From positions 30,001 to 62,000 of the forward strand of contig NQJD01000007.1 in assembly GCA_004284765.1 (NCBI GenBank): 32,000 nt of DNA, written 5' to 3'. The DNA comes from Candidatus Electronema aureum (GTDB taxonomy: Bacteria > Desulfobacterota > Desulfobulbia > Desulfobulbales > Desulfobulbaceae). Shown here piece after piece: positions 24,233 through 32,000 of this stretch (positions within the stretch are counted from its first letter, which is position 1; each line of letters begins with the position of its first letter). Under the pieces are notes generated by a model. That model saw nothing but the letters and a program-made list of their open reading frames with translations. It was not told where the DNA came from and searched no databases. The position numbers and the translations under genes are program-made.

Positions 24233-26443
24233 TTATACAACATAGCCCTGCCCTTCAGGTGACTTGCATTTCAAGCCGGTCTCCTGCGAGTACATTTCGC
24301 TACTCTTCAGGACAAAAACGCCTTTATACGCCTCTTCCAGCCAGCACTTCAGCTCATTGAACTGATTCGGATACACTTGCACTGTATAATGCTGCAATTT
24401 CCTGAGAATACTTCTCGAGTATTCAGCATATTCAAGCTGGCTCACCAATTTCAACGCTTCATCCTCAAGCGCAATGACGATGGCCTTGTTTGCCGTGTCA
24501 ATCATCTTGAATGCCGCAATCTCTTCAAAGGCAAAGTCACCTTTTTGCGCACCAGCTTGGCATAGTTTCAAGATGTCGTTCTCTTCTATCCGCTGCTGAT
24601 TCTTCCAAAAATAATCAGCAAAGTATTCCTGAATACATTCCGGCTCAAGGAATTTGTCTGCAAAACGACCAAAGAGCCGTTTTGCACTGTCAGCAGTCTG
24701 GCGGAAGTAACTGAGATTGGAATTTTTCTCTGGTTCATAGACAAAAATCTCGCCGATTGCTAGCAATCCCTCCCTGTTGCAACGACCCGCCGCTTGGGCA
24801 ATAGAATCCATCCCAGCCAAACTACGATATACAACCGGGAAATCGACATCCACGCCCGCTTCAATAAGCTGCGTGCTGATTACCCTACACGGCTGGCGTA
24901 AACGCAATCGTTCTCGTATTTCTTGCAGAACTCTGCTGCGGTGCAGTGGATACATCAATGCGCTTAAATGAAAAATGCCGTCTTCTTTCTCTTCTTTGAT
25001 CTGCTCAAACAGCGTTGCAGCCTGATCACGGGTACTGACCACACAAAGCACCTGTTCTTCCTGTCGGAGTTTGGCTGCAATCTCCTCCTGCGTCTGTTTG
25101 CCAAGCCATGTCATGCGAGTGCGCTGGAGTTCCTTGAAGAGCTTCGGCACATCACGGATGATCTCTGCCTGCTCAAGGGCAAGCCCGGCTTTAAATTCAT
25201 CTGATTTGCCGATGGCTGGCTGCGTTGCCGTGCAGAGAACAGCAGTCACGCCGTAGTTTCGTGTCAATTCGCGCAGCACTTCCAAACATGGCTGCAATCG
25301 TTCCACTGGAATGGCTTGCACCTCATCAAAAATGATGATCGAGCCAGCAACATTGTGCAGCTTTCTACACGGAGATGTTTTGCAGGCAAAAAAGGAATCA
25401 AAGAACTGCACATTGGTGGTCACGACAACAGGCGCGTCCCAGTTTTCCGCTGCCAGCTCGCTTTTCCAGTCGTCTTTATCCGGGGTGAAGTTGGAATGAT
25501 GCTCCAGCACGGCTTCATTGCCAAGCATGTCGCGAAAGACCCTAGCATTCTGCTCAATAATGCTGGTAAAGGGAATTACATAGATGATGCGGCGGAATTG
25601 CTTGTGCTGTTGCGCGTGTTCCAAGGCAAAGGCCAAGGAAGCAAGGGTCTTGCCGCCGCCTGTTGGCACAGTCAGCGTGAATAAACCCGGCTGCCGCTGG
25701 GCAGCAGCAAGGCAATCAGCCAGCACCTTTTCCCGAATTACATTGACCTTAGAGTGCGCAGCCTTTTCCTTGGCTTTCTTTCGCAGCGCATCAAAGTTTT
25801 TCCAGAAGATAGAATGCAGCTCTTGCAGCGGCAGCTCGTTTATCCTTTTTTCTGCCTTGTCAGGATTACAGAACCGCTCGGTGTCCAAACGGTCAGCATC
25901 AATCAAACAAGAGAACAGCATTCGGATGAAGAACTGAAGCTGAAAACCGAATAACTTCTGTTCGCCCATCTGAAAAGGTAGCTGACTGGAAATCGTCGGC
26001 TGCTGATCAAAAGAAAAGAACACCTCCTTGATTACTTTATCTGCCAGCCTGTTTTTCAGACCGCCGTCTGTCGTGCCATTAGACCAGTTCTGCAAGCCAT
26101 TATGATGTCCGGCAATGCAATACGATAAGAGCTTTCCGGCATCCTGCGACAGCTTGTACAGATGCCGTGCGCCAAAGGTGGCGTGATCTCGCCGCCAGCG
26201 GGAATTATAATGAGGGGAGAATTCATCTTCGATGCCATTTTCGTGGCGAAGATACGCCTGAAACTCACGGCTTCCCTTGCCAAGGTCGTGAAACCTGCCT
26301 GCAAGCTCGCCCCATGCTCCGGCATTGAATTGTTCTGCAAACTGACGGCAGCGGTCAGCGGCTTTTTGCAGATGATCCTCAAGAGATTGCCATTCTTCAA
26401 CAGGGCGGCCTTCAAGCGTGTGGGCGTAGTATGTGTTGTTCAT
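24233..26443 (-). CDS. cas3: CRISPR-associated helicase/endonuclease Cas3 (HD nuclease plus SF2 helicase)
   Basis: HD domain motifs are FHDLGKGSREFQ and IAGHHNGL. Helicase motifs are I TVPTGGGKT, II IIFDEVQA, III CTATQP and VI QAAGRCNREG. The length of 736 aa fits a type I Cas3. Confidence 0.9.
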   Translation of the reverse strand: MNNTYYAHTLEGRPVEEWQSLEDHLQKAADRCRQFAEQFNAGAWGELAGRFHDLGKGSREFQAYLRHENGIEDEFSPHYNSRWRRDHATFGARHLYKLSQDAGKLLSYCIAGHHNGLQNWSNGTTDGGLKNRLADKVIKEVFFSFDQQPTISSQLPFQMGEQKLFGFQLQFFIRMLFSCLIDADRLDTERFCNPDKAEKRINELPLQELHSIFWKNFDALRKKAKEKAAHSKVNVIREKVLADCLAAAQRQPGLFTLTVPTGGGKTLASLAFALEHAQQHKQFRRIIYVIPFTSIIEQNARVFRDMLGNEAVLEHHSNFTPDKDDWKSELAAENWDAPVVVTTNVQFFDSFFACKTSPCRKLHNVAGSIIIFDEVQAIPVERLQPCLEVLRELTRNYGVTAVLCTATQPAIGKSDEFKAGLALEQAEIIRDVPKLFKELQRTRMTWLGKQTQEEIAAKLRQEEQVLCVVSTRDQAATLFEQIKEEKEDGIFHLSALMYPLHRSRVLQEIRERLRLRQPCRVISTQLIEAGVDVDFPVVYRSLAGMDSIAQAAGRCNREGLLAIGEIFVYEPEKNSNLSYFRQTADSAKRLFGRFADKFLEPECIQEYFADYFWKNQQRIEENDILKLCQAGAQKGDFAFEEIAAFKMIDTANKAIVIALEDEALKLVSQLEYAEYSRSILRKLQHYTVQVYPNQFNELKCWLEEAYKGVFVLKSSEMYSQETGLKCKSPEGQGYVV

Positions 26444-26548
26444 TATTTTTTAGGCGTTACATCGAAACAGGATAAAACGTTTCGGTCTCCGCTTCAGTTT
26501 GATCGCCGCCGTCTATAACATGGAGCTGACAATTGCTTGCGGAGATGA

Positions 26549-26564
26549 CTTATGCAAGAGGTCT
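26549..26564 (+). repeat. 16-nt direct repeat flanking cas3 (copy B)
   Basis: CTTATGCAAGAGGTCT, about 105 nt upstream of the cas3 ATG and immediately next to the sat terminator. Confidence 0.85.
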
Positions 26565-26572
26565 GATAAAAT

Positions 26573-26606
26573 AAAAAAGGAGATGCCCGAAGGCATCTCC
26601 TTTTTT
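26573..26606. terminator. Bidirectional rho-independent terminator (serves sat on the minus strand)
   Basis: AAAAAA-GGAGATGCC-cgaa-GGCATCTCC-TTTTTT is a perfect 9-bp stem flanked by an A-run and a T-run. It lies 24 nt beyond the sat stop. Confidence 0.75.
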
Positions 26607-26629
26607 ATTCCGATACGCTGGAACAGCTA

Positions 26630-27907
26630 TTACATTTTTGCGCCGGAAGCTGCGCCCTGCATCTTCACCTCAACCTTCTCGGTCAGGCCAGCGTAGTACT
26701 TCTTCAGGTGATCCAAGACTTCGTTGCGGCCAAAGTGGTCAACAACCTCGGTGCCCTCGGACAGTGCCTTGCGCAGCTTGGTGCCGGACAGGATGACGCG
26801 GTCTTCCTTGGTGTGATTGCAAGTACGCAGAGAAGCCATGCCGTCGCACTTGTGGCAGTAGAAGGTCCAGTCGATCTTCATCGGCTTGCAGAGCAGGTCT
26901 TTGCCAGCGATGCCAGTAGTCGGCACGCGATCAAAAATCTCCTGCGCCTCGAACAGACCGTAGAAATCGCCTACACCAGCATGGTCACGCCCGATCAGCA
27001 TGTCGGTAATACCGTAGTTCTGGCGGAAGGTAGCGTGTAGCAGAGCCTCACGCGGGCCTGCATAACGCATATCGAGCGGGTAGCCTGCATTGATCACGTT
27101 GTCTTTGACAAAGTAGTTGTCAATCAGGATCTCGATGGCTTTCACGCGAACCGGAGCAGGAATATCGCCTGCCTTCAGGTTGCCGATCAGTGAGTGAATC
27201 AGCACGCCGTCGCAAACCTCAATGGCGATCTTGGCCAAGAACTCATGCGAGCGGTGCATCGGGTTGCGCAGCTGAAGAGCGGCAACCTTGGACCAGCCGC
27301 GCTCCTCGAACATAGCCCGGGTCTCAGCCGGGGTCAGGTACACACCCGGATACTCGGACGGATAGCTGCCTTGGGACAGAACCTTGACCGAGCCAGCGAT
27401 GTTCACGTCCTTCTGGTTCATGACCATGATTACGCCGGGATGATCTGCCGGAGCAACCTGCCAGAATTTGCCATCGATAGAGTCTGCGCCGCAACCCATG
27501 AACACTTTCTCGCATTCCCACTTCTTGTCGGCTTCGGTCATGTCGAACTTCTCCGTGACCTTCATAGTAGCCATGATCTCGCCGTCTGCTTCCAGAGCAA
27601 TTTCATCACCAGCAGTGATGCTGTTGGCGTCTTCCTTGGTGATATCAAGGGTGATCGGCACGGGCCAGAAGGTGCCGTCAGCCAGCTGGAAGTTCTCGCA
27701 AACGTTCTTCCAGTCAGCCTTGGTCATGAAGCCGGACAGGGGCGAGAAACCGCCGATGCCCATCATGATCAGGTCGCCCTTAGCGCGGGCACTGACTTTG
27801 ACCTTCTTCAGACCTGCGGCCTTCTCTTTCTCTGCGGCCAGCTCGCTGCCATGAAGCAGAGCACAAACCAGACCTTTGCCACCGTGGGGGGCTACTAATT
27901 TAGACAT
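26630..27907 (-). CDS. sat: Sulfate adenylyltransferase (ATP sulfurylase)
   Basis: Track ORF trimmed to the ATG at 27905-27907 (SD GAGGAAAG), giving [14 protein letters not shown]... The motifs [11 protein letters not shown] and GRDHAGVG are present. Confidence 0.9.
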   Translation of the reverse strand: MSKLVAPHGGKGLVCALLHGSELAAEKEKAAGLKKVKVSARAKGDLIMMGIGGFSPLSGFMTKADWKNVCENFQLADGTFWPVPITLDITKEDANSITAGDEIALEADGEIMATMKVTEKFDMTEADKKWECEKVFMGCGADSIDGKFWQVAPADHPGVIMVMNQKDVNIAGSVKVLSQGSYPSEYPGVYLTPAETRAMFEERGWSKVAALQLRNPMHRSHEFLAKIAIEVCDGVLIHSLIGNLKAGDIPAPVRVKAIEILIDNYFVKDNVINAGYPLDMRYAGPREALLHATFRQNYGITDMLIGRDHAGVGDFYGLFEAQEIFDRVPTTGIAGKDLLCKPMKIDWTFYCHKCDGMASLRTCNHTKEDRVILSGTKLRKALSEGTEVVDHFGRNEVLDHLKKYYAGLTEKVEVKMQGAASGAKM

Positions 27908-28006
27908 AATTCTTTCCTCGTTAAAATGATGGTTATTTTTTCTCTTAAAGAAATGCGGCTTCATGAGGCCGCAGCAAGAACAATTCCATGAAGATAAAAC
28001 TTGCTT

Positions 28007-28034
28007 AATATATGCTGATAGGCGAAGAAGTCAA
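28007..28034 (-). promoter_or_regulatory. sigma70-type promoter for sat (TTGACT-16 nt-TATATT)
   Basis: The minus strand reads TTGACT TCTTCGCCTATCAGCA TATATT, about 100 nt upstream of the sat ATG. Confidence 0.45.
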
Positions 28035-28043
28035 GCGAAAAAA

Positions 28044-28077
28044 GAGAAGGGCCGGTAAAAGAGAAGGGCCGGTAAAA
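28044..28077. repeat. Exact tandem duplication of a 17-nt unit
   Basis: GAGAAGGGCCGGTAAAA occurs twice (28044-28060 and 28061-28077). It lies between the pilY1 terminator and the sat -35 element. Confidence 0.9.
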
Positions 28078-28080
28078 GAA

Positions 28081-28111
28081 GACAGCTTCCGGCATGATAC
28101 CGGAAGCTGTC
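28081..28111 (-). terminator. Rho-independent terminator for the pilY1-like gene
   Basis: GACAGCTTCCGG-catgata-CCGGAAGCTGTC is a perfect 12-bp stem. On the minus strand it is followed by TTCTTTTAC. It lies 14 nt beyond the stop at 28126-28128. Confidence 0.7.
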
Positions 28112-28125
28112 TTGGATAACACAGG

Positions 28126-31100
28126 TTACGGAGCTGCTGGAGGAGTACAGCGGTCTGTCCAGCTCTGCCTGCCGCTCTTGCTGCTTTTGATAGGTAAATT
28201 CTGCTGGTTCACCTCGATGATCTCACCGGTGCTGGTTTGGATGAAGGCTTTTGCATCCTGCTCTCCGCTGCCGACATGCATACTGGGGGTGGTAGAGAGG
28301 CCGCGACCAAGACTGAGCTTATCCATGACAAATTCTCCGCCTTCCTGAGCCTTGTGAATGGTACCATTGCTGTCAAAGGTGCCAAATACTGTTTCCGTCC
28401 ACCCTGTGCCAGTCTGGAAATGCACACCGTAGAGCGAACTTTCACCCTCTGCACGGCATTTGTCGTTAAAAGGCTGATAGGTGGTGTAGGTCAGTAAGCC
28501 GCCCAGCAAGGCAGAGGTTCCGAGGTTCCGTTCACGCGGATCGTGAAAATCTCGGTACCAGCCGTCAAGTCCAGTGGTGTAATCCTTGCCGTCAACCGTC
28601 ATGAAGCCCGTGCCTGCTATGTATTTGCGCAGCTTGTCAAAAGCTGGAACATCAACCGCCTTGGTCAGATCATTTGGAAAAAGAGGATCATACGCTTTCG
28701 TAACAATCTGACTCTTCACAGTGGACGGAAAACAGAACGCCTTGTCAGTATTGTTCACGACCGTGCAAGAATACTTTGATCGGTCAGAGATGTTGGTAGT
28801 ACAGTGATAGCATTCCAGATATGGAACTTTATTACCATCATTAGTGCCTATGTATTTCGAACTCTTTAAATCAGCAACGATGATGTTGTCTGCCTGCATC
28901 AGTCCCCGCTTGCCAGGGGGATAAGAAGGAGGAACAGTTTTAAGAGGAATATCGCTATTGAACTGCGTGTTGATATCCCATTCAATCCGACCCCATGTCA
29001 TCATGGGGTTATCCTTGTAATTCGAGCTGGGTGGCTGTGTTGTCCATTTATCAAAAAGGCTGGAATTCGCGTCCATCAGCGGTTCTTTAAGGCCAAAAAA
29101 GCCTATCTTGCTTCTATCCGCGCAGTTATTCTGAGTTGAATCCAAGCACCAACCGTCATCGGTCTTATCCTTCTCGCTGTAGAAACGACCAGTTCCTGCA
29201 TAAATCCAGTAGTTGTTACCGTCATAACCGATAGAAGGTGCGCCAATAACTGGCATCTTGACATCTGCGAGCTGGCGGAGCGGTCCTTTGTTAAAAAGAC
29301 TGCTCTGGGAATCGTCACTCCACTTTCCTGCCCACTCAGAAGGCAGTGAGGCTTTTTCTTCGCCGTTGGGATCCAGCATCTTTGTCACCATACGGAAGAC
29401 CCTGCCGCCTTTATTCCAATAGAACTGATCCGCTATGCCGCTCAGATAGCCGGGGGGATAGCTGGCGAAATCAGAACCGTCAATCGTGCCAAAATAGACT
29501 GCGTCGGCGCGATACCGAGCACCTAAGGCATCCACTGCGGTGAGGTTAATGTTGTAATCGACTGAAATAATGTCTGAAATGAAGCTGGGGTCACCAGGCA
29601 AGGTGAAAATGCCACCTTCAGCACTGCTGCCTGTCGATAATGGGGCCGCATTGGGAATGCGGAAGGCTTTTTTGCTGGTGCTGTCTATACTCTGCGGCTT
29701 GGCCGCAGTCCACAAAGTCACGTTGCCGTTCAGCCATGCAAGCGGCAGGATGCCCACCTTGCCTTGCGAAGGATAGCTACCGTCTAACTCTGTCGGGCCG
29801 TTGCCCATGACAAGATACCAGTCGGATTTCGCATTGCCTGTGCTAGTGGGTGTAGGGTAACTGTCACGCATGATCACCATCGACGGTGAAGAGGTGGTGT
29901 ATCCCATATCCGCGTAGATTTTGTTTCCACTCGTATCTAATAGCTGGGTCATCTCGCCCAATAGCTTCGGCTCCGCTTCTGGGTTGGTGATGTCCATAAT
30001 GAAGAATGAAGAAGTAAAAAGTCGCTTGTCAGCGGTATTGTTGTTCAACTCATTAGCTTTGATTGGAGCACCGCCAAAGCGCAACGCCCCGACGAGAATA
30101 GTACCCCATCCACCAGGATGCACGCACTTGGTTTTGTAATCCGCAGAAGTTGGATCGGCACATTCCGCTTCTGGTTGGAATATCTGCGCGTCAAAGATAC
30201 GGGGTTTCTGATCGACATAATACTTATGCGCGTAATGCTTGTCAGCCAAGCATTTCAGATGTGGCTGGAGGTTATAGGGAATGTAGGCCCACATTTCCTG
30301 ACCAAGAGCGGCCTTTCCGGTTCCACAGCTCCCGTTGACTGGTGTCACTGCGCAGTTGCCATTACTGTCATCAAGCGCGTCAGTGCAGCAGAACTGGCCC
30401 TTGTTTTCAAAGTAGAAGCCACCGTTCATCGCGTGCAGCATACCGTCATTGCCACCGAAATAAACCATGTTACGACGACCTTTCCATTTTTCCACGAAAT
30501 CCCGGTAGGTCGGATCGCGGTAGATGTAATGATAGGCTTCAGCAGGTTTGGCCACGACAATGGGTGTAGAATGGATGATATCGCCGAGCCGCCACGTATC
30601 TGCTAACAGATCGTCAGGATCCAATTTATGGAAATAACGAGACCGCAGAGCTGTGTCTATTCTGCCATTACCGTTGTTGTCCGCAGATTCGTCACTGAGC
30701 GAATCAACTCCTTGTATCCACTGAATCAGCGCGTCAAGAGCACCACGCTCCCGTCTGGTGTTGTACGCCGCGTCAGTTTCATTTAGCAAGCGTGCCTCAT
30801 AGCCCGCAAAGGTTTCCCAGTCGGCAGAAGTCAAGAAATCATTACCCACCGGGCCTCGGTTGTTGTTCGCTGCGATAGTGTTGAGGGCGGCTAATTTGGT
30901 ACTGTCAAGGTCTTTCAACAGGAATTGCTCTCCGTCATCTACCTTGCCATCATTATTAGCATCATTCCACGTGTAGATTTTACGATCAGTTACCACATTC
31001 ATCTTTGCCAACCTTTTATTAGCCGACCAAAGATATTTAATGTTGTTGATCTCTACGCATTTCGCGCCTGAGCATTGCGGATCAGGGTCTGTTGCTGTTT

Positions 31101-32000
31101 TTGCTGGCTCACCCGGACACTGCGGGCTGGTGGGGCTGCTGGCATAAAATCCGGTAATATCATAGCAGCCACGGGTTCTGTTTGCTGCGCTGCTGAAATA
31201 GAACAGCACTTGTTTGTCAGCAGGAGGATCGAGCTTGCCGTTTCCGTTGGTATCCTCATACATCAAACCAGCCGAGCTGACGAAGAGCGAATGCACATCG
31301 CCGACCCAGCTCACCTTATTATTTTTGAGCGCACCATCTAATTTCGCTTTGTCCTCATATTTTGGCCAGAAGACAGCCTGATAGACTGCGCCGGAGCCGC
31401 TGCGCGAGCTGGAGATAACCGAAGCTGCCGAACCTGCGGACGCGCGGCTAAGAATGTCGTCTAAAACTGCGTAAAGGTTGTCCTCAAGCTGCTGCGGATT
31501 CTCGCCGGGATAATAGTTATCGGTGCCGCCCTTGTCTGCGGCGTACTCCATCAGTGTTTTCGGATTGCATTCGCCAGTTCCGACATCACTCAATACGCCG
31601 GTGGTGACGACATGGGTGAAGATATTCTGCTTAGGTACCTGGTTGCCATCCGGGTCGAGGATATACCTCTTTTTGTAGATTGGCCACACATGCTGGCCCC
31701 ACCACGTCATATCATCCAGATACGTGCTGCGGAACAGCTTATCGCCGCACGGAGTTGAAGTGCCGGGTGTGAAAGCAGGCTCGGCGGTGCCGTCTCCGAT
31801 AAGATCGCCGGTCTCCTTCTTGGGAAAGTAAGCAGCTTGATTTACAGTCGTTGGACTAGCAGCGAAGGCAACAACATCTGGGTGAACATCTGTTGTGGAC
31901 TCACCTTCAGAGATTACCAAAATGTGGTTATCTTGGCACCAGAACTGCACCGGGTCTGTGTCGAGTGCGTAGTTCGTGCAGTTACCGCTGGCATCTTGCT
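28126..32000 (-). CDS. pilY1: PilY1-like type IV pilus tip adhesin with an N-terminal vWA-like region, 5' end outside window
   Basis: PilY1 beta-propeller landmarks are WRLGDIIHSTPIVVAKP and VYFGGNDGMLHAMNGG. Calcium-site-like loops are NDANNDGKVDDGE and DTNGNGKLD. The track start at 31950 is a GTG. My translation of 31951-32000 (QDASGNCTNYALDTDP) stays open, so the gene continues beyond the window. HILVISEGE looks like the end of a vWA/MIDAS strand. Confidence 0.8.
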   Translation of the reverse strand, partial: QDASGNCTNYALDTDPVQFWCQDNHILVISEGESTTDVHPDVVAFAASPTTVNQAAYFPKKETGDLIGDGTAEPAFTPGTSTPCGDKLFRSTYLDDMTWWGQHVWPIYKKRYILDPDGNQVPKQNIFTHVVTTGVLSDVGTGECNPKTLMEYAADKGGTDNYYPGENPQQLEDNLYAVLDDILSRASAGSAASVISSSRSGSGAVYQAVFWPKYEDKAKLDGALKNNKVSWVGDVHSLFVSSAGLMYEDTNGNGKLDPPADKQVLFYFSSAANRTRGCYDITGFYASSPTSPQCPGEPAKTATDPDPQCSGAKCVEINNIKYLWSANKRLAKMNVVTDRKIYTWNDANNDGKVDDGEQFLLKDLDSTKLAALNTIAANNNRGPVGNDFLTSADWETFAGYEARLLNETDAAYNTRRERGALDALIQWIQGVDSLSDESADNNGNGRIDTALRSRYFHKLDPDDLLADTWRLGDIIHSTPIVVAKPAEAYHYIYRDPTYRDFVEKWKGRRNMVYFGGNDGMLHAMNGGFYFENKGQFCCTDALDDSNGNCAVTPVNGSCGTGKAALGQEMWAYIPYNLQPHLKCLADKHYAHKYYVDQKPRIFDAQIFQPEAECADPTSADYKTKCVHPGGWGTILVGALRFGGAPIKANELNNNTADKRLFTSSFFIMDITNPEAEPKLLGEMTQLLDTSGNKIYADMGYTTSSPSMVIMRDSYPTPTSTGNAKSDWYLVMGNGPTELDGSYPSQGKVGILPLAWLNGNVTLWTAAKPQSIDSTSKKAFRIPNAAPLSTGSSAEGGIFTLPGDPSFISDIISVDYNINLTAVDALGARYRADAVYFGTIDGSDFASYPPGYLSGIADQFYWNKGGRVFRMVTKMLDPNGEEKASLPSEWAGKWSDDSQSSLFNKGPLRQLADVKMPVIGAPSIGYDGNNYWIYAGTGRFYSEKDKTDDGWCLDSTQNNCADRSKIGFFGLKEPLMDANSSLFDKWTTQPPSSNYKDNPMMTWGRIEWDINTQFNSDIPLKTVPPSYPPGKRGLMQADNIIVADLKSSKYIGTNDGNKVPYLECYHCTTNISDRSKYSCTVVNNTDKAFCFPSTVKSQIVTKAYDPLFPNDLTKAVDVPAFDKLRKYIAGTGFMTVDGKDYTTGLDGWYRDFHDPRERNLGTSALLGGLLTYTTYQPFNDKCRAEGESSLYGVHFQTGTGWTETVFGTFDSNGTIHKAQEGGEFVMDKLSLGRGLSTTPSMHVGSGEQDAKAFIQTSTGEIIEVNQQNLPIKSSKSGRQSWTDRCTPPAAP

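Noticed and set aside
26630-27964. The 444-aa version of sat starting [19 protein letters not shown].
   Set aside because: The internal ATG at 27905-27907 has a good SD (GAGGAAAG) and yields the conserved [12 protein letters not shown]-terminus. The upstream extension is basic junk that overlaps 5'-UTR hairpins.

Overview
All calls come from reading the sequence and the ORF track. No database search was run, so homology calls rest on motifs I recognise. The window looks like chromosome from a sulfate-reducing, Desulfobacterota-type bacterium. That is an inference from a dissimilatory-type sat gene, a Bat aerotolerance operon and sigma54/nif-like context. Most genes are on the minus strand.

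Layout:
1. 1-4.6 kb, nitrogen block with two near-consensus sigma54 promoters. It holds amt (3' partial), a Nif11-domain protein, two hypotheticals, a GNAT, a thioredoxin-like [2Fe-2S] ferredoxin, and a NifB-like protein that lacks the radical-SAM CxxxCxxC motif.
2. 4.9-11.0 kb, an AraC-family regulator divergent from a plus-strand island. The island encodes an S8 serine protease, a small unknown protein, an M6 metalloprotease and a C92/YiiX-type permuted papain-like hydrolase. None has a visible signal peptide, and the last three genes are AT-richer than their surroundings.
3. 11.0-19.6 kb, tightly packed core genes: an in-frame ybeY-pdxJ fusion, phoH, a secreted DsbA-like oxidoreductase, a secreted protein sharing a repeated ~85-aa module with it, batE-like, batD, and a batB/batC-like VWA-TPR gene.
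4. 19.6-26.6 kb, an accessory patch. It holds a compositionally mosaic pentapeptide-repeat membrane protein, a 14-unit 21-nt palindromic tandem array, a duplicated gene 5' end, two identical 24-nt hairpins, a disrupted fic gene, an IS110-family element with a candidate bridge-RNA region, and a solitary cas3 bracketed by 16-nt direct repeats. No Cascade or adaptation genes and no CRISPR array are present.
5. 26.6-32 kb, sat and a large PilY1-like pilus tip protein (5' partial).

I saw no rRNA, tRNA or CRISPR array. The best candidates for something undescribed are the signal-less three-protease island, the 21-nt palindromic array with its nested repeat junctions around IS110 and orphan cas3, and the cysteine-less NifB paralogue.
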